DNA of 64,000 bases from Verrucomicrobiia bacterium. GTDB lineage: Bacteria; Chloroflexota; Dormibacteria; Dormibacterales; Dormibacteraceae. Every line of letters starts with the position of its first letter. Within the stretch, counting starts at the first letter, position 1. Location of the stretch: contig DASPXA010000053.1 in assembly GCA_035637495.1 (NCBI GenBank), positions 694 to 64,693 of the forward strand. Reading direction: 5' to 3'. Below, in pieces: positions 18,420 through 26,918 of this stretch. A program made the translations under genes and the position numbers. The notes under the pieces are model-generated. The model saw only the letters and a list, made by a program, of their open reading frames with translations. It was not told where the DNA came from and made no database searches.

Positions 18420-20043
18420 GACCGCGGTCCGTGATCTTCAGCTCCGGGATCACCGACAGCGCGAGGAAGCTGAGCGTCATGAAGGGTGAAGCCATCGCCA
18501 CCCCCATCGTCTTCAAACGCTCCTCCATGGAGCGCAGCCGCTCGTGCACGGCAGCAAGTGGGCTGTCGCTCATCAAGCCGGCGACCGGAAGGGGCAGCTC
18601 TTCCACCACTCTGCCGCCCTCGGCGATGACGATTCCTCCCCCGATCTCCGCCATGCGCATCGCGCAGGCGGCCATGTCCCCGTCGTCGACCCCAAGGGCA
18701 ACGATGTTGTGCGCATCGTGCGCCACGGTCGATGCAAACGCGCCGCGCTTAAGGCCGACGTTGGTCGCAAAGCCGAGACCTACCCGTCCGCTGGCATGGT
18801 GGCGCTCGACGACAGCGATCTTGACCAGGTCGCGCGCCGGGTCGGCAACGATGCAGCCGTCGCTGACGGTGGGCTCGAGGACCTCCACGCCTGTGACGAG
18901 CTGCTCGGGGACGACGCGCATGACGCGGATCTTCGTCGGTCCCGCCGAAATGGCAAACGAGCTCGCCTCGACCGGCGCCATGCTCACCGTCTGCCTCACC
19001 CATTCGGGAACCTCGAGCTTGACGAAGCGAGGCGGCGCTCCACGCTTCAGGACCTGGCGGGGATTGAAGTTCCTCAGGTCGTCGAGGACGAGGATGTCGG
19101 CCTGGTAGCCCGGCGCGATCGCGCCCAGGTGCCAGAGGCGGTGACAGGTGGCTGGGTTGATCGTTGCCATGACCAGCGCGTCTTCGGGACTGACGCCTTC
19201 GGCCACCGCGACGCGAACCATCTGGTTGATGTGCCCTTGCTCGACGATGAAGTCAGGTTCGCGGTCGTCGGTGCAGAACGCGCACCGCTCGGTTCCGTAG
19301 CGCTTGACCAGCGGAAGCAGGTCTCGCAAGTTGCGCGCGATCGATGCCTCTCGCAGCAGCACCCACATGCCGAGCCTGCGCTTCTCGAGCGCCTCGTCGA
19401 ACGTCATCGCCTCGTGGTCGGAGCTGATGCCGGCGCTGATGTAGGCGTTGAGCGCCGGCCCGCGGACGCCCGGCGCGTGACCGTCGACGTGGTCGGTCAG
19501 GCCCGTCTCGAGCTTGGCCAGCTCCTCGGCGCTCCCGTTGATGACGCCGGGGAAGTTCATCATCTCCGCGATCCCGATCGTCCGGCTGCGGCGGAGCAGG
19601 CTCTCGATGTCTCCGACCGTGAACGGCCGGCGAGGTGACTCGAAGCGCGACGCCGGCACACACGACGAGGCCATCACGAAGACGTCGAGCGGGATCTCTT
19701 CGCAACAGTCGAGCAGCCAGTGGATGCCATCGGTGCCGAGCACGTTGGCGATCTCGTGAGGGTCTGCCACGACGGCGGTCGTGCCGTGGCCGAGCACCGC
19801 GCGGGCGAACTCGTCGACCGTGAGCTTCGACGACTCGATGTGCATGTGCGCATCGATGAAGCCAGGCACCAGGTAAGCGCCGGCGACGTCCATGCGCTCC
19901 CGGCCGTCGTACCGGCCCAGGCCGACGACGTGACCGTCCTTGACGGCCACGTCCACGTCGAGCCACTCCTTGGTGAACACCGACAGGACGTGGCCTCCGG
20001 ACAGCACGAGGTCGGCCGGCTCATCACCTCGCGCGACCGCCAT
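18373..20043 (-). CDS. ade: adenine deaminase
   Basis: Start MAVARGDEPADLVLSGG... (ATG 20043). ...VPGFIDAHMHIESS..., ...EMMNFPGV..., ...FCTDDREP..., ...SFLALSVIPELKIT... align with E. coli Ade along the whole length. The remaining upstream part of the 974-aa ORF is antisense to the next gene. Confidence 0.9.
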   Translation of the reverse strand: MAVARGDEPADLVLSGGHVLSVFTKEWLDVDVAVKDGHVVGLGRYDGRERMDVAGAYLVPGFIDAHMHIESSKLTVDEFARAVLGHGTTAVVADPHEIANVLGTDGIHWLLDCCEEIPLDVFVMASSCVPASRFESPRRPFTVGDIESLLRRSRTIGIAEMMNFPGVINGSAEELAKLETGLTDHVDGHAPGVRGPALNAYISAGISSDHEAMTFDEALEKRRLGMWVLLREASIARNLRDLLPLVKRYGTERCAFCTDDREPDFIVEQGHINQMVRVAVAEGVSPEDALVMATINPATCHRLWHLGAIAPGYQADILVLDDLRNFNPRQVLKRGAPPRFVKLEVPEWVRQTVSMAPVEASSFAISAGPTKIRVMRVVPEQLVTGVEVLEPTVSDGCIVADPARDLVKIAVVERHHASGRVGLGFATNVGLKRGAFASTVAHDAHNIVALGVDDGDMAACAMRMAEIGGGIVIAEGGRVVEELPLPVAGLMSDSPLAAVHERLRSMEERLKTMGVAMASPFMTLSFLALSVIPELKITDRGLVDVSRFELVPLGVE

Positions 20044-20076
20044 CCAGTGTGCGTCGATGACGGAGACTTTAGCGAC

Positions 20077-22338
20077 ATGACGGGGCTGATCGGGCAGAGC
20101 ATCAGGCGGCTCGAGGACCCACGTCTCCTGCGGGGCGAGGGCAGGTTCGCGGACGACCTGGAGACGCAGCTCTACGTGGGCCTCGTGCGAAGCCCCATGG
20201 CGAGCGGATTCCTCTCGGGCGTGGACACTTCCTCCGCCCGCACGCTGCCGGACGTGCTCGAGATTTTCACCGCGAGCGACCTTGCCCGGTCTTGCTCGCC
20301 GCTCGGTGTTCACATCACCACGCCTGGCGCCATCTGCCCGCCGCGGCCGATCCTCGCCGCGGATCGGGTCAGGTTTGCCGGCGAGATGATCGCGGCGGTC
20401 GTCGTGGGAAGCCGATACGTGGTGGCCGACGCCGTCGAGCTCGTCCAACCTGACATCGATCCACTGCCGGCGGTCGTGACGTTCGCGGACGCGCTGGCCG
20501 AAGGCGCGCCGCTGGTCCATGACGAGGTGCCGGGCAACGTCTATTTCCTCGGCCGCCGCACCTATGGCGACCCTCCCGCGGCCTTCGAGCACGCCGACCT
20601 CGTGGTCGAGGCGGAGGTAACTCATCCCCGCGTGGCCGCCGCGCCCATCGAAACGCGGGGCGTGGTCGCCGCGCCGGAAGACGGCGGCGTGGCGGTCTGG
20701 ACGTCCACGCAGGTCCCACACCTGGTCGCCGACGCGATCGCGGAGTGCCTTCAAATCGAGCGCAGGAGCGTGCGCGTGGTGGCGACCGATGTCGGCGGTG
20801 GATTCGGGGTCAAGGCTCAGGTCTATCCCGAGGAGATCCTGCTCGCCTGGATCGCGCGCCGAATGAACGCCCGCGTGAAATGGATCGAGACTCGCTCGGA
20901 GCACATGCTGTCCGCGAGCCACGCGCGCGACCAGCGCGTCCATTTCTCCGCGGCGGTGCGGAAGGACGGCCGCGTCCTCGCCATCAAGGCGACGATCCAC
21001 TCGAGCATCGGCGCCTACGGCGTCCGCCCCTTCGGCCCACTGCTCGACCCCCTGGGAACGGCGAGCCTCATCCCGGGCCCGTATGACGTTCGAGACTACG
21101 AGTACGCGACCTACGCGGTCGCCACCAACAAGTCGCCCGAGGGCCCTTACCGCGGGGTCGGCATGGTTACGGCCGTCCTGGTGCACGAGCGCCTGATGGA
21201 CCTCGTCGCCGGCAGGCTGGCCCTGGATCCGGCCGACGTGCGCCGCCTCAACTTCGTGAAAGCAGAGCAGATGCCGTACACGACGGTGACCAAACACCCT
21301 TACGAGTCGGGTGACTACGCATCAGCGCTCAATCGCGTGGGGTACGAGGCGCTTCGCACCGAGAGGGCGAGCGCGCGTGCCGAGGGCCGGCTCGTCGGCC
21401 TCGGATTGAGCTCCTACGTCGAATACACGGGCGCCGGATCGTCGACGTTCGAGCGCCGCGGCATGCTGGACATTCCCGGCAGCGACACGGCACGCGCCTG
21501 GCTCGCCGAGGATGGACGCGTGCACCTCCAGACGAGCTGTCCCGCGGTGGGCCAGGGCTCGCATACAACTCTCGCCCAGGTCGCGGCGGCGAACCTCGGG
21601 GTCGACGCTGAGAGCATCGTCGTCGAACAGACGAATACGGGCCGCGTCGGCGGCGGCACCGGTTCATTCATGAGCCGGGGCTCGGTGACCGGCGCCACCA
21701 CCGCTTTTCGGGCAGCCGGACTTCTACGTGAAGCAATCCTCGAAGCCGCTTCCGACCGGCTGGGCCAGCCGATCCACCGCCTGTCGATCGATGCCGGGAC
21801 GGTCATCGTCGAAGGCGCCCCGGCGCGGCTGGCGCTTTCGCAGCTTGCGGCAGACAACGCGGACCTCGATGTGTCGGTGGCGTACGACCCTGTTCAGGCG
21901 TCGCACCCATACGCAACTCACGCCTGCCTGGTCGAGCTCGATCGCGAAACCGGCGCGGTCCAGGTCCTCCGCTACGTGGTGGTCGAGGACTGCGGCGTGC
22001 TGATCAATCCGCTGATCGTCGAGGGACAGGTCACAGGCGGCGTGGCCCAGGCTGCCGGTGCGGCGCTCCTGGAAGAGGTCGTGTATGGACCTGACGGCGA
22101 GCCGCGTACGGCCACGTTCCTCGATTACATGATCCCGAGCATCAGCGAGGCCGTGCCGATCTCGATCGAGCACCTGGTCACGCCGTCGACCGTGCACGAG
22201 CTGGGCACCAAGGGCGCCGGGGAGGGCGGCACCATCGGAGGCACCGCGGCGATCGCCAACGCCGTCGCCGACGCGCTCTCCGTCTCCGACCTCGTGCTCC
22301 CGCTCACGCCGGACCGCATCGTCGCGTTGATGCGTTGA
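20077..22338 (+). CDS. xanthine dehydrogenase-family molybdopterin-binding subunit (CoxL / aldehyde oxidoreductase-like), without cognate small or medium subunits in its own operon
   Basis: Start MTGLIGQSIRRLEDPRLLRGEGRFADDL... (753 aa). CoxL-type motifs (...GGGFGVK..., ...SRGSV...). Confidence 0.85.
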   Translation: MTGLIGQSIRRLEDPRLLRGEGRFADDLETQLYVGLVRSPMASGFLSGVDTSSARTLPDVLEIFTASDLARSCSPLGVHITTPGAICPPRPILAADRVRFAGEMIAAVVVGSRYVVADAVELVQPDIDPLPAVVTFADALAEGAPLVHDEVPGNVYFLGRRTYGDPPAAFEHADLVVEAEVTHPRVAAAPIETRGVVAAPEDGGVAVWTSTQVPHLVADAIAECLQIERRSVRVVATDVGGGFGVKAQVYPEEILLAWIARRMNARVKWIETRSEHMLSASHARDQRVHFSAAVRKDGRVLAIKATIHSSIGAYGVRPFGPLLDPLGTASLIPGPYDVRDYEYATYAVATNKSPEGPYRGVGMVTAVLVHERLMDLVAGRLALDPADVRRLNFVKAEQMPYTTVTKHPYESGDYASALNRVGYEALRTERASARAEGRLVGLGLSSYVEYTGAGSSTFERRGMLDIPGSDTARAWLAEDGRVHLQTSCPAVGQGSHTTLAQVAAANLGVDAESIVVEQTNTGRVGGGTGSFMSRGSVTGATTAFRAAGLLREAILEAASDRLGQPIHRLSIDAGTVIVEGAPARLALSQLAADNADLDVSVAYDPVQASHPYATHACLVELDRETGAVQVLRYVVVEDCGVLINPLIVEGQVTGGVAQAAGAALLEEVVYGPDGEPRTATFLDYMIPSISEAVPISIEHLVTPSTVHELGTKGAGEGGTIGGTAAIANAVADALSVSDLVLPLTPDRIVALMR

Positions 22339-23714
22339 GCGAGCCCACGCCCTACCGACCGCTCAGCTACCTGGAGTGGAACGCCGCCCGCCGCGGCTCG
22401 AGCCCGGCGATCTGGGAGGCAGGTGATGAGATCACCTTCGAGGAGCTGCTCGAGCACGTCCGTCGGTTGCGGAAGCTGCTCGAGGCCAGTGGTGTTCGCG
22501 CGGGCGACGTCGTCGGCGTGCAGCTGCCCAACGTCTGGCAGTACGTCGCTCTCGAGCTGGCGATTCCGGACCTCGGCGCGGTGATCCTGCCGCTGCCGCT
22601 CAGCCTCGGCGAGCACGAGCTGGGCTGGGTGAAAGAGAAAGCGAGGCCGGTCGTGGTGATCCGCGAACCGTTGCCCGAGCCGGCCGACGGCCTGCCTGAG
22701 CCGACGCCTGCCGAGCCGGATCCCGCCCGGATCGTCGAGATCGCGCTCACCTCCGGCACGACAGGCATGCCCAAGCTCGCGTCGCTTTCGGCGCGCTTGA
22801 AGCAGGTCACTTTCGAAGGGTTCACGGGCCGCCTCGGCATCGCCGAGAACGACCGCGTCCTCCCCATGACGCCTCTCAGCCAGGGCATCGGCGGCATGTG
22901 CCTTTACTGTCTGCGCCTCGGCGCGACCCTGGTGATGCTCCACGAGCCGCACTGGACTCCCGATCACTGCCTCGCCACCGCGCGTGATGCGCGGGCCAGC
23001 GTCCTGGTCGGTGTGCCGACCAACGTGATCCGGATGCTCCATCACGAGATCGCTCTGCCGAACGCGCGAGCGGTCGCGGTGGCGGGGGCGCCACTGCCGC
23101 CGGAGGTCGCCGAGCGCTGGGAGACCACGACCGGAATCGCCATCACGAGCTTCTACGGTTCGATGGACGCGGGACAGCTCGCCGTCGCCCGCCCGTCCGA
23201 CCCTCGAGACAAGCGCTGGGCCACGGTCGGCAAGCCACACGACCGAGCCGAATGGAAGATCGCGGACGGCGAGATCTGCATGCGGGGCGAGCTGGTCCAG
23301 GACCGGTATTGGGGCGAGGCCTTCGGTCCTCACGCGGCCGACGGCTGGGCGCATATGGGCGACCTCGGCTTCGTCGACGACGACGGATATCTGCACGTCG
23401 TCGGCAGGGTCAAGGACATCATCATTCGCGGGGGAGCCAACATCAATCCGTACGAGGTGGAGTCGATGATGAGGACCCATCCCGCGGTCCGTGACGTGTG
23501 CGTCGTCGGACGCCCGCATCCCGAGCTGGGCGAGGTGCCTGTCGCCTTCATCGTCGGCGAGGTCGACGGGGATGAGGTGAAGCGGTTCCTGATGGAGCGT
23601 GGCCTGGCTCACTACAAGTGGCCGGAGGCGGTGTACATCGTGCGCGAGCTTCCCCTTTCCGGCCCCGGCAAGGTCGACCGCAAGGCGCTTCGAGAGCATG
23701 CTGGCGCGGTGTAA
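22335..23714 (+). CDS. AMP-dependent synthetase/ligase (acyl/aryl-CoA ligase)
   Basis: TTG start overlapping the previous stop (TTGA). ...LTSGTTGMPKLA... AMP-binding motif and ...GELPLSGPGKVDRKAL... C-terminal motif. Confidence 0.85.
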   Translation: MSEPTPYRPLSYLEWNAARRGSSPAIWEAGDEITFEELLEHVRRLRKLLEASGVRAGDVVGVQLPNVWQYVALELAIPDLGAVILPLPLSLGEHELGWVKEKARPVVVIREPLPEPADGLPEPTPAEPDPARIVEIALTSGTTGMPKLASLSARLKQVTFEGFTGRLGIAENDRVLPMTPLSQGIGGMCLYCLRLGATLVMLHEPHWTPDHCLATARDARASVLVGVPTNVIRMLHHEIALPNARAVAVAGAPLPPEVAERWETTTGIAITSFYGSMDAGQLAVARPSDPRDKRWATVGKPHDRAEWKIADGEICMRGELVQDRYWGEAFGPHAADGWAHMGDLGFVDDDGYLHVVGRVKDIIIRGGANINPYEVESMMRTHPAVRDVCVVGRPHPELGEVPVAFIVGEVDGDEVKRFLMERGLAHYKWPEAVYIVRELPLSGPGKVDRKALREHAGAV

Positions 23715-24489
23715 CGACATCGACGTTGCGTGGTTCGAAGCCGGCCGCGGCGAGCCGCTCATCCTGGTCCACGGCCTTGCCGACGACCATCGCGCGTGGC
23801 GCCGTGCACTGGCGGACCTGGTCTTGCGCCACCGCGTGATCCTTTACGACCTGCGGGGCCACGGCCAGACCAGCCTGGGCAAACCCGACTGCTCGCTGCG
23901 CCAGCTCGGTGACGACCTGGTCGCGTTGATGGACGTCCTCGACCTCCGACGCGCCAACGTGGCCGGTTTTTCGCTGGGCGGCACGATCGCCATGCGGCTA
24001 GGGATCGACCATCCAGAGCGCGTCCGAGGGCTAGCGCTGGTGGCGACGTCCAGTCGGGTCGGACGCGCCGCCGCCGACTGGTATCGGGAGCGCGTGGCGT
24101 TGGTCGAAACTTCAGATGCCCGGCTGAGGGAGACCCTCGACCGCGATACCGCGGACGTCTACACGCAGTCGCCGGACGAGCTCGCGGAGGGCTTGCTGAT
24201 CCGCCGCCAGTCGACCTCCGACCCACGTGGCTACGGCAACGCCTGTGCTGCGATGGCAGGGCTGAACGCCGCACCGCTCGACCCGGAGCTGCCGAAGATC
24301 AGCGCTCCGGCCCTGATCGTTGCGTCCGATCTCGACCGCCACTGCCCTCCGAAGGCGGCCGAGATGATCGCCGCCCGGATCGAAGGGAGCCGGCTCGAGA
24401 TCATCGAGGGCGCCGGTCATGCGATCCCGGTCGAGAAACCACACGAGCTGGCCGCGCTGATCAACATCTTCCTGGACGAAATTGCCTGA
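23698..24489 (+). CDS. alpha/beta hydrolase
   Basis: Start MLARCNDIDVAWFEAGRGEPLILVHGL...; ...GFSLGG... nucleophile elbow. 17-nt overlap with the ligase. Confidence 0.8.
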   Translation: MLARCNDIDVAWFEAGRGEPLILVHGLADDHRAWRRALADLVLRHRVILYDLRGHGQTSLGKPDCSLRQLGDDLVALMDVLDLRRANVAGFSLGGTIAMRLGIDHPERVRGLALVATSSRVGRAAADWYRERVALVETSDARLRETLDRDTADVYTQSPDELAEGLLIRRQSTSDPRGYGNACAAMAGLNAAPLDPELPKISAPALIVASDLDRHCPPKAAEMIAARIEGSRLEIIEGAGHAIPVEKPHELAALINIFLDEIA

Positions 24490-25240
24490 GACGCTGCTCC
24501 ACGAGTGGGGCGAGCACGAGGTTCTCACTCTCACGCTGAACAGACCCCAACGCCGCAACGCGGTCGATCCCGAGTTGCTTACCGCGCTGGCCGAGGCGCT
24601 GCGAACAGAGGGCGACCGTGCGCGGGCGGTGATCCTGCGTGGCGCTGGCGACGAGGCATTTTCGGCCGGGTACGACCTCTCGCGCCTCACGGGCACCGCC
24701 GGCGACCTCGATGCCGACGGTGTGATCGGCCGGGCTGCGGACGCCCTGCGGGCGTGCCCCGCCCCGGTGATCGCACGCCTGCATGGCCACTGTCACGGCG
24801 CCGGGGTCGAGCTGGCGATGAACTGCGACCTGCGAATCGCGTCGCCCGACCTTCGCATGTCGGTGCCCGCGGTCGGGCTCGGGGTGGTCTATCGATATCC
24901 GTTCCTCGCCCGCCTCGTGCAGACCTGCGGTCTCGCGCGCACCGCCGACCTGTTGCTTGCGATGCCAGAGCTCGACGGCGCGCGAGCGCATGAGTGGGGC
25001 CTGGTGACCGAGCTCGTGCCCGCCGCGGAGATCGACGCCAGGATCGAGAAGCTGGCCAGGCGCCTCGCCACCTCGCCGCGCGCCGCGCTGCGCGGGACCA
25101 AGGCGAGCCTGAACCTCCTCGCATCGCGAGGACTCTTCGCCGACGACCTCGAGCTGGCGCAGCGGCTGCGCGCGGAGGCTGCAGCCAGCCCCGAGCGCCA
25201 GGAGGCGCTCCGGCGCCGCCAGAAAAAAGTCACCGAATGA
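24482..25240 (+). CDS. enoyl-CoA hydratase/isomerase (crotonase family)
   Basis: 252 aa. ...AVILRGAGDEAFSAGYDL..., ...GHCHGAGVELAMNCDLRIA... Confidence 0.85.
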   Translation: MPETLLHEWGEHEVLTLTLNRPQRRNAVDPELLTALAEALRTEGDRARAVILRGAGDEAFSAGYDLSRLTGTAGDLDADGVIGRAADALRACPAPVIARLHGHCHGAGVELAMNCDLRIASPDLRMSVPAVGLGVVYRYPFLARLVQTCGLARTADLLLAMPELDGARAHEWGLVTELVPAAEIDARIEKLARRLATSPRAALRGTKASLNLLASRGLFADDLELAQRLRAEAAASPERQEALRRRQKKVTE

Positions 25241-26151
25241 ACGGATACGACGTGAGCGTCGGCATCAGCCCACGTCAGTCGTTCGACAGCTGGGCCTCGT
25301 TCATGGCGGGCCTCGAGGCGGAGGGCGTGCGCCGGGCATGGGTGATCGATTCGCAGCTTGCGATGAAGGACGTCTACGCGGGCCTTGTCGTGGCGGCCCT
25401 CAACACGACGCGGATCGGCCTCGGCACCGGGGTCACCAACGCGGTGACGCGGCACCCGACGGTCACTGCCAACGCGATCGCGGCCGTGGCGGAGATCTCC
25501 CATGGGCGCGCGATCCTTGGCGTCGGCGCCGGCGACTCGGCTCTGTACGGCATCGGCCTGCAGCCGCAGAAGGTGGCCGAGGTCGAAGAGGCGATCGCAT
25601 TCTTCCGTTCGCACCTGGAACGGAGCATCCCCATCTACCTGGCGGTGAGCCAGGAGCGGATGTGCCGGCTGGCCGGCCGCACTGCCGACGGCGCGATCGT
25701 GATGGGACCCGCGCAGCAGGACATGGTGCGGCGCCAGGTGGACTGGATAAGGTCAGGCGCCCCAAGCAGCGACTTCGAAATCGCTTTCATCGCCCCGACG
25801 TCCACCGACATCGAGGACGTTCGTTCGTGGGCTTCGACGCAGGCAAGGTTGATGTCGCACCACAAGGAGCTGCCGGAGAGCCTGGTCCCGTTTCGCGACG
25901 AGATCACGCGGAGCGCCGAGTCCTACGACTACTCAGAGCACCTTTCGACGAGAGCCGAGCACAGCGCCGTGGTATCCGACAGCCTGGTGCGCAAGCTGGG
26001 AGTCGTTGGAACGGCTGACGAATGTGCCGCTCGCTTGGGCGAGCTGCGCGCTTGCGGCATCGACACATTCATCTTTCCACTCGCGGGGCGCAACCGCATC
26101 GAGCGTTGGAAACGGATCCGGGACGAGATCCTCGATCAGACCATCGTGTAG
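25237..26151 (+). CDS. LLM-class flavin-dependent oxidoreductase (luciferase-like monooxygenase family)
   Basis: Start MNGYDVSVGISPRQ..., ATGA overlap with the crotonase. ...GVGAGDSALYGIGLQP... LLM motif. Confidence 0.8.
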   Translation: MNGYDVSVGISPRQSFDSWASFMAGLEAEGVRRAWVIDSQLAMKDVYAGLVVAALNTTRIGLGTGVTNAVTRHPTVTANAIAAVAEISHGRAILGVGAGDSALYGIGLQPQKVAEVEEAIAFFRSHLERSIPIYLAVSQERMCRLAGRTADGAIVMGPAQQDMVRRQVDWIRSGAPSSDFEIAFIAPTSTDIEDVRSWASTQARLMSHHKELPESLVPFRDEITRSAESYDYSEHLSTRAEHSAVVSDSLVRKLGVVGTADECAARLGELRACGIDTFIFPLAGRNRIERWKRIRDEILDQTIV

Positions 26152-26918
26152 CCGCCGCTGACCGACAGCGTCTGGCCCGTGATGTACGAAGCCCGGTCAG
26201 AGGCCAGCAGCAGCACCGCCGGCACCACGTCTTCGGGCTTGCCGAGCCGGCGCAGCGGATACGAGCGAGCCGCCTTCTCGCGGATCTCGGCCGTGAACAT
26301 CTTCGCCTGGTCGCTCGACCAGATCGACTCGCTGCCCGAGGTCTCGGGGTCGCCAGGGATCAGGCCGGGAGACACCACGTTCAGCGTGATGCCGTGCTTG
26401 CCAACCTCACGCGCAATCGCCTTCGACATCGCGATCACGGCGGCCTTGGTGCCGCTGTAGACAGCCTCACGCCACTCCCCCATCCGTCCCGCGTCCGATC
26501 CGATCGAGACGACGCGACCGTGGCGCCGCTCGATCATGGGGTCGAGTACCGCGCGCACGCAGTTGATGAAGCCCCACATGTCGATCGCGATCTCGCGCTC
26601 CCACTCCTCACGCGGCTTTTCTGTGAACAACCGGTCGATCGTCCATCCCGCGCAGTTGACCAGCACGTCGACGCCGCCCATCGAGCTCCTGACGAACTGC
26701 ACCATGGACGACACCGACTCCCAGTCGGTGACGTCGGTGTGCCGCGCCACGATCGTTCCCGACGGTGCTTCGGCCTCGACCTTCCTGGCCTGACGGTCGT
26801 CCACGTCAGCGATCACCACCCGCGCGCCCTCGGCCGCAAAGCCGAGCGTGATCGCGCGGCCGAGGTTGGACGCGCCGCCGGTGACGATGACCACGCGACC
26901 GGTGAGACCCAGGTCCAT
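26136..26918 (-). CDS. SDR family short-chain dehydrogenase/reductase
   Basis: Start MDLGLTGRVVIVTGGASNLGRAI... (TGxxxGxG). Catalytic ...YSGTKAA... Its start overlaps the stop of the sortase-fusion gene. Confidence 0.85.
   Translation of the reverse strand: MDLGLTGRVVIVTGGASNLGRAITLGFAAEGARVVIADVDDRQARKVEAEAPSGTIVARHTDVTDWESVSSMVQFVRSSMGGVDVLVNCAGWTIDRLFTEKPREEWEREIAIDMWGFINCVRAVLDPMIERRHGRVVSIGSDAGRMGEWREAVYSGTKAAVIAMSKAIAREVGKHGITLNVVSPGLIPGDPETSGSESIWSSDQAKMFTAEIREKAARSYPLRRLGKPEDVVPAVLLLASDRASYITGQTLSVSGGYTMV

Noticed and set aside
18373-21297. 974-aa minus ORF
   Set aside because: Only 18373-20043 is adenine deaminase, with its start at MAVARGD. The upstream 420 codons are the antisense of the CoxL-like gene and have no domain content.
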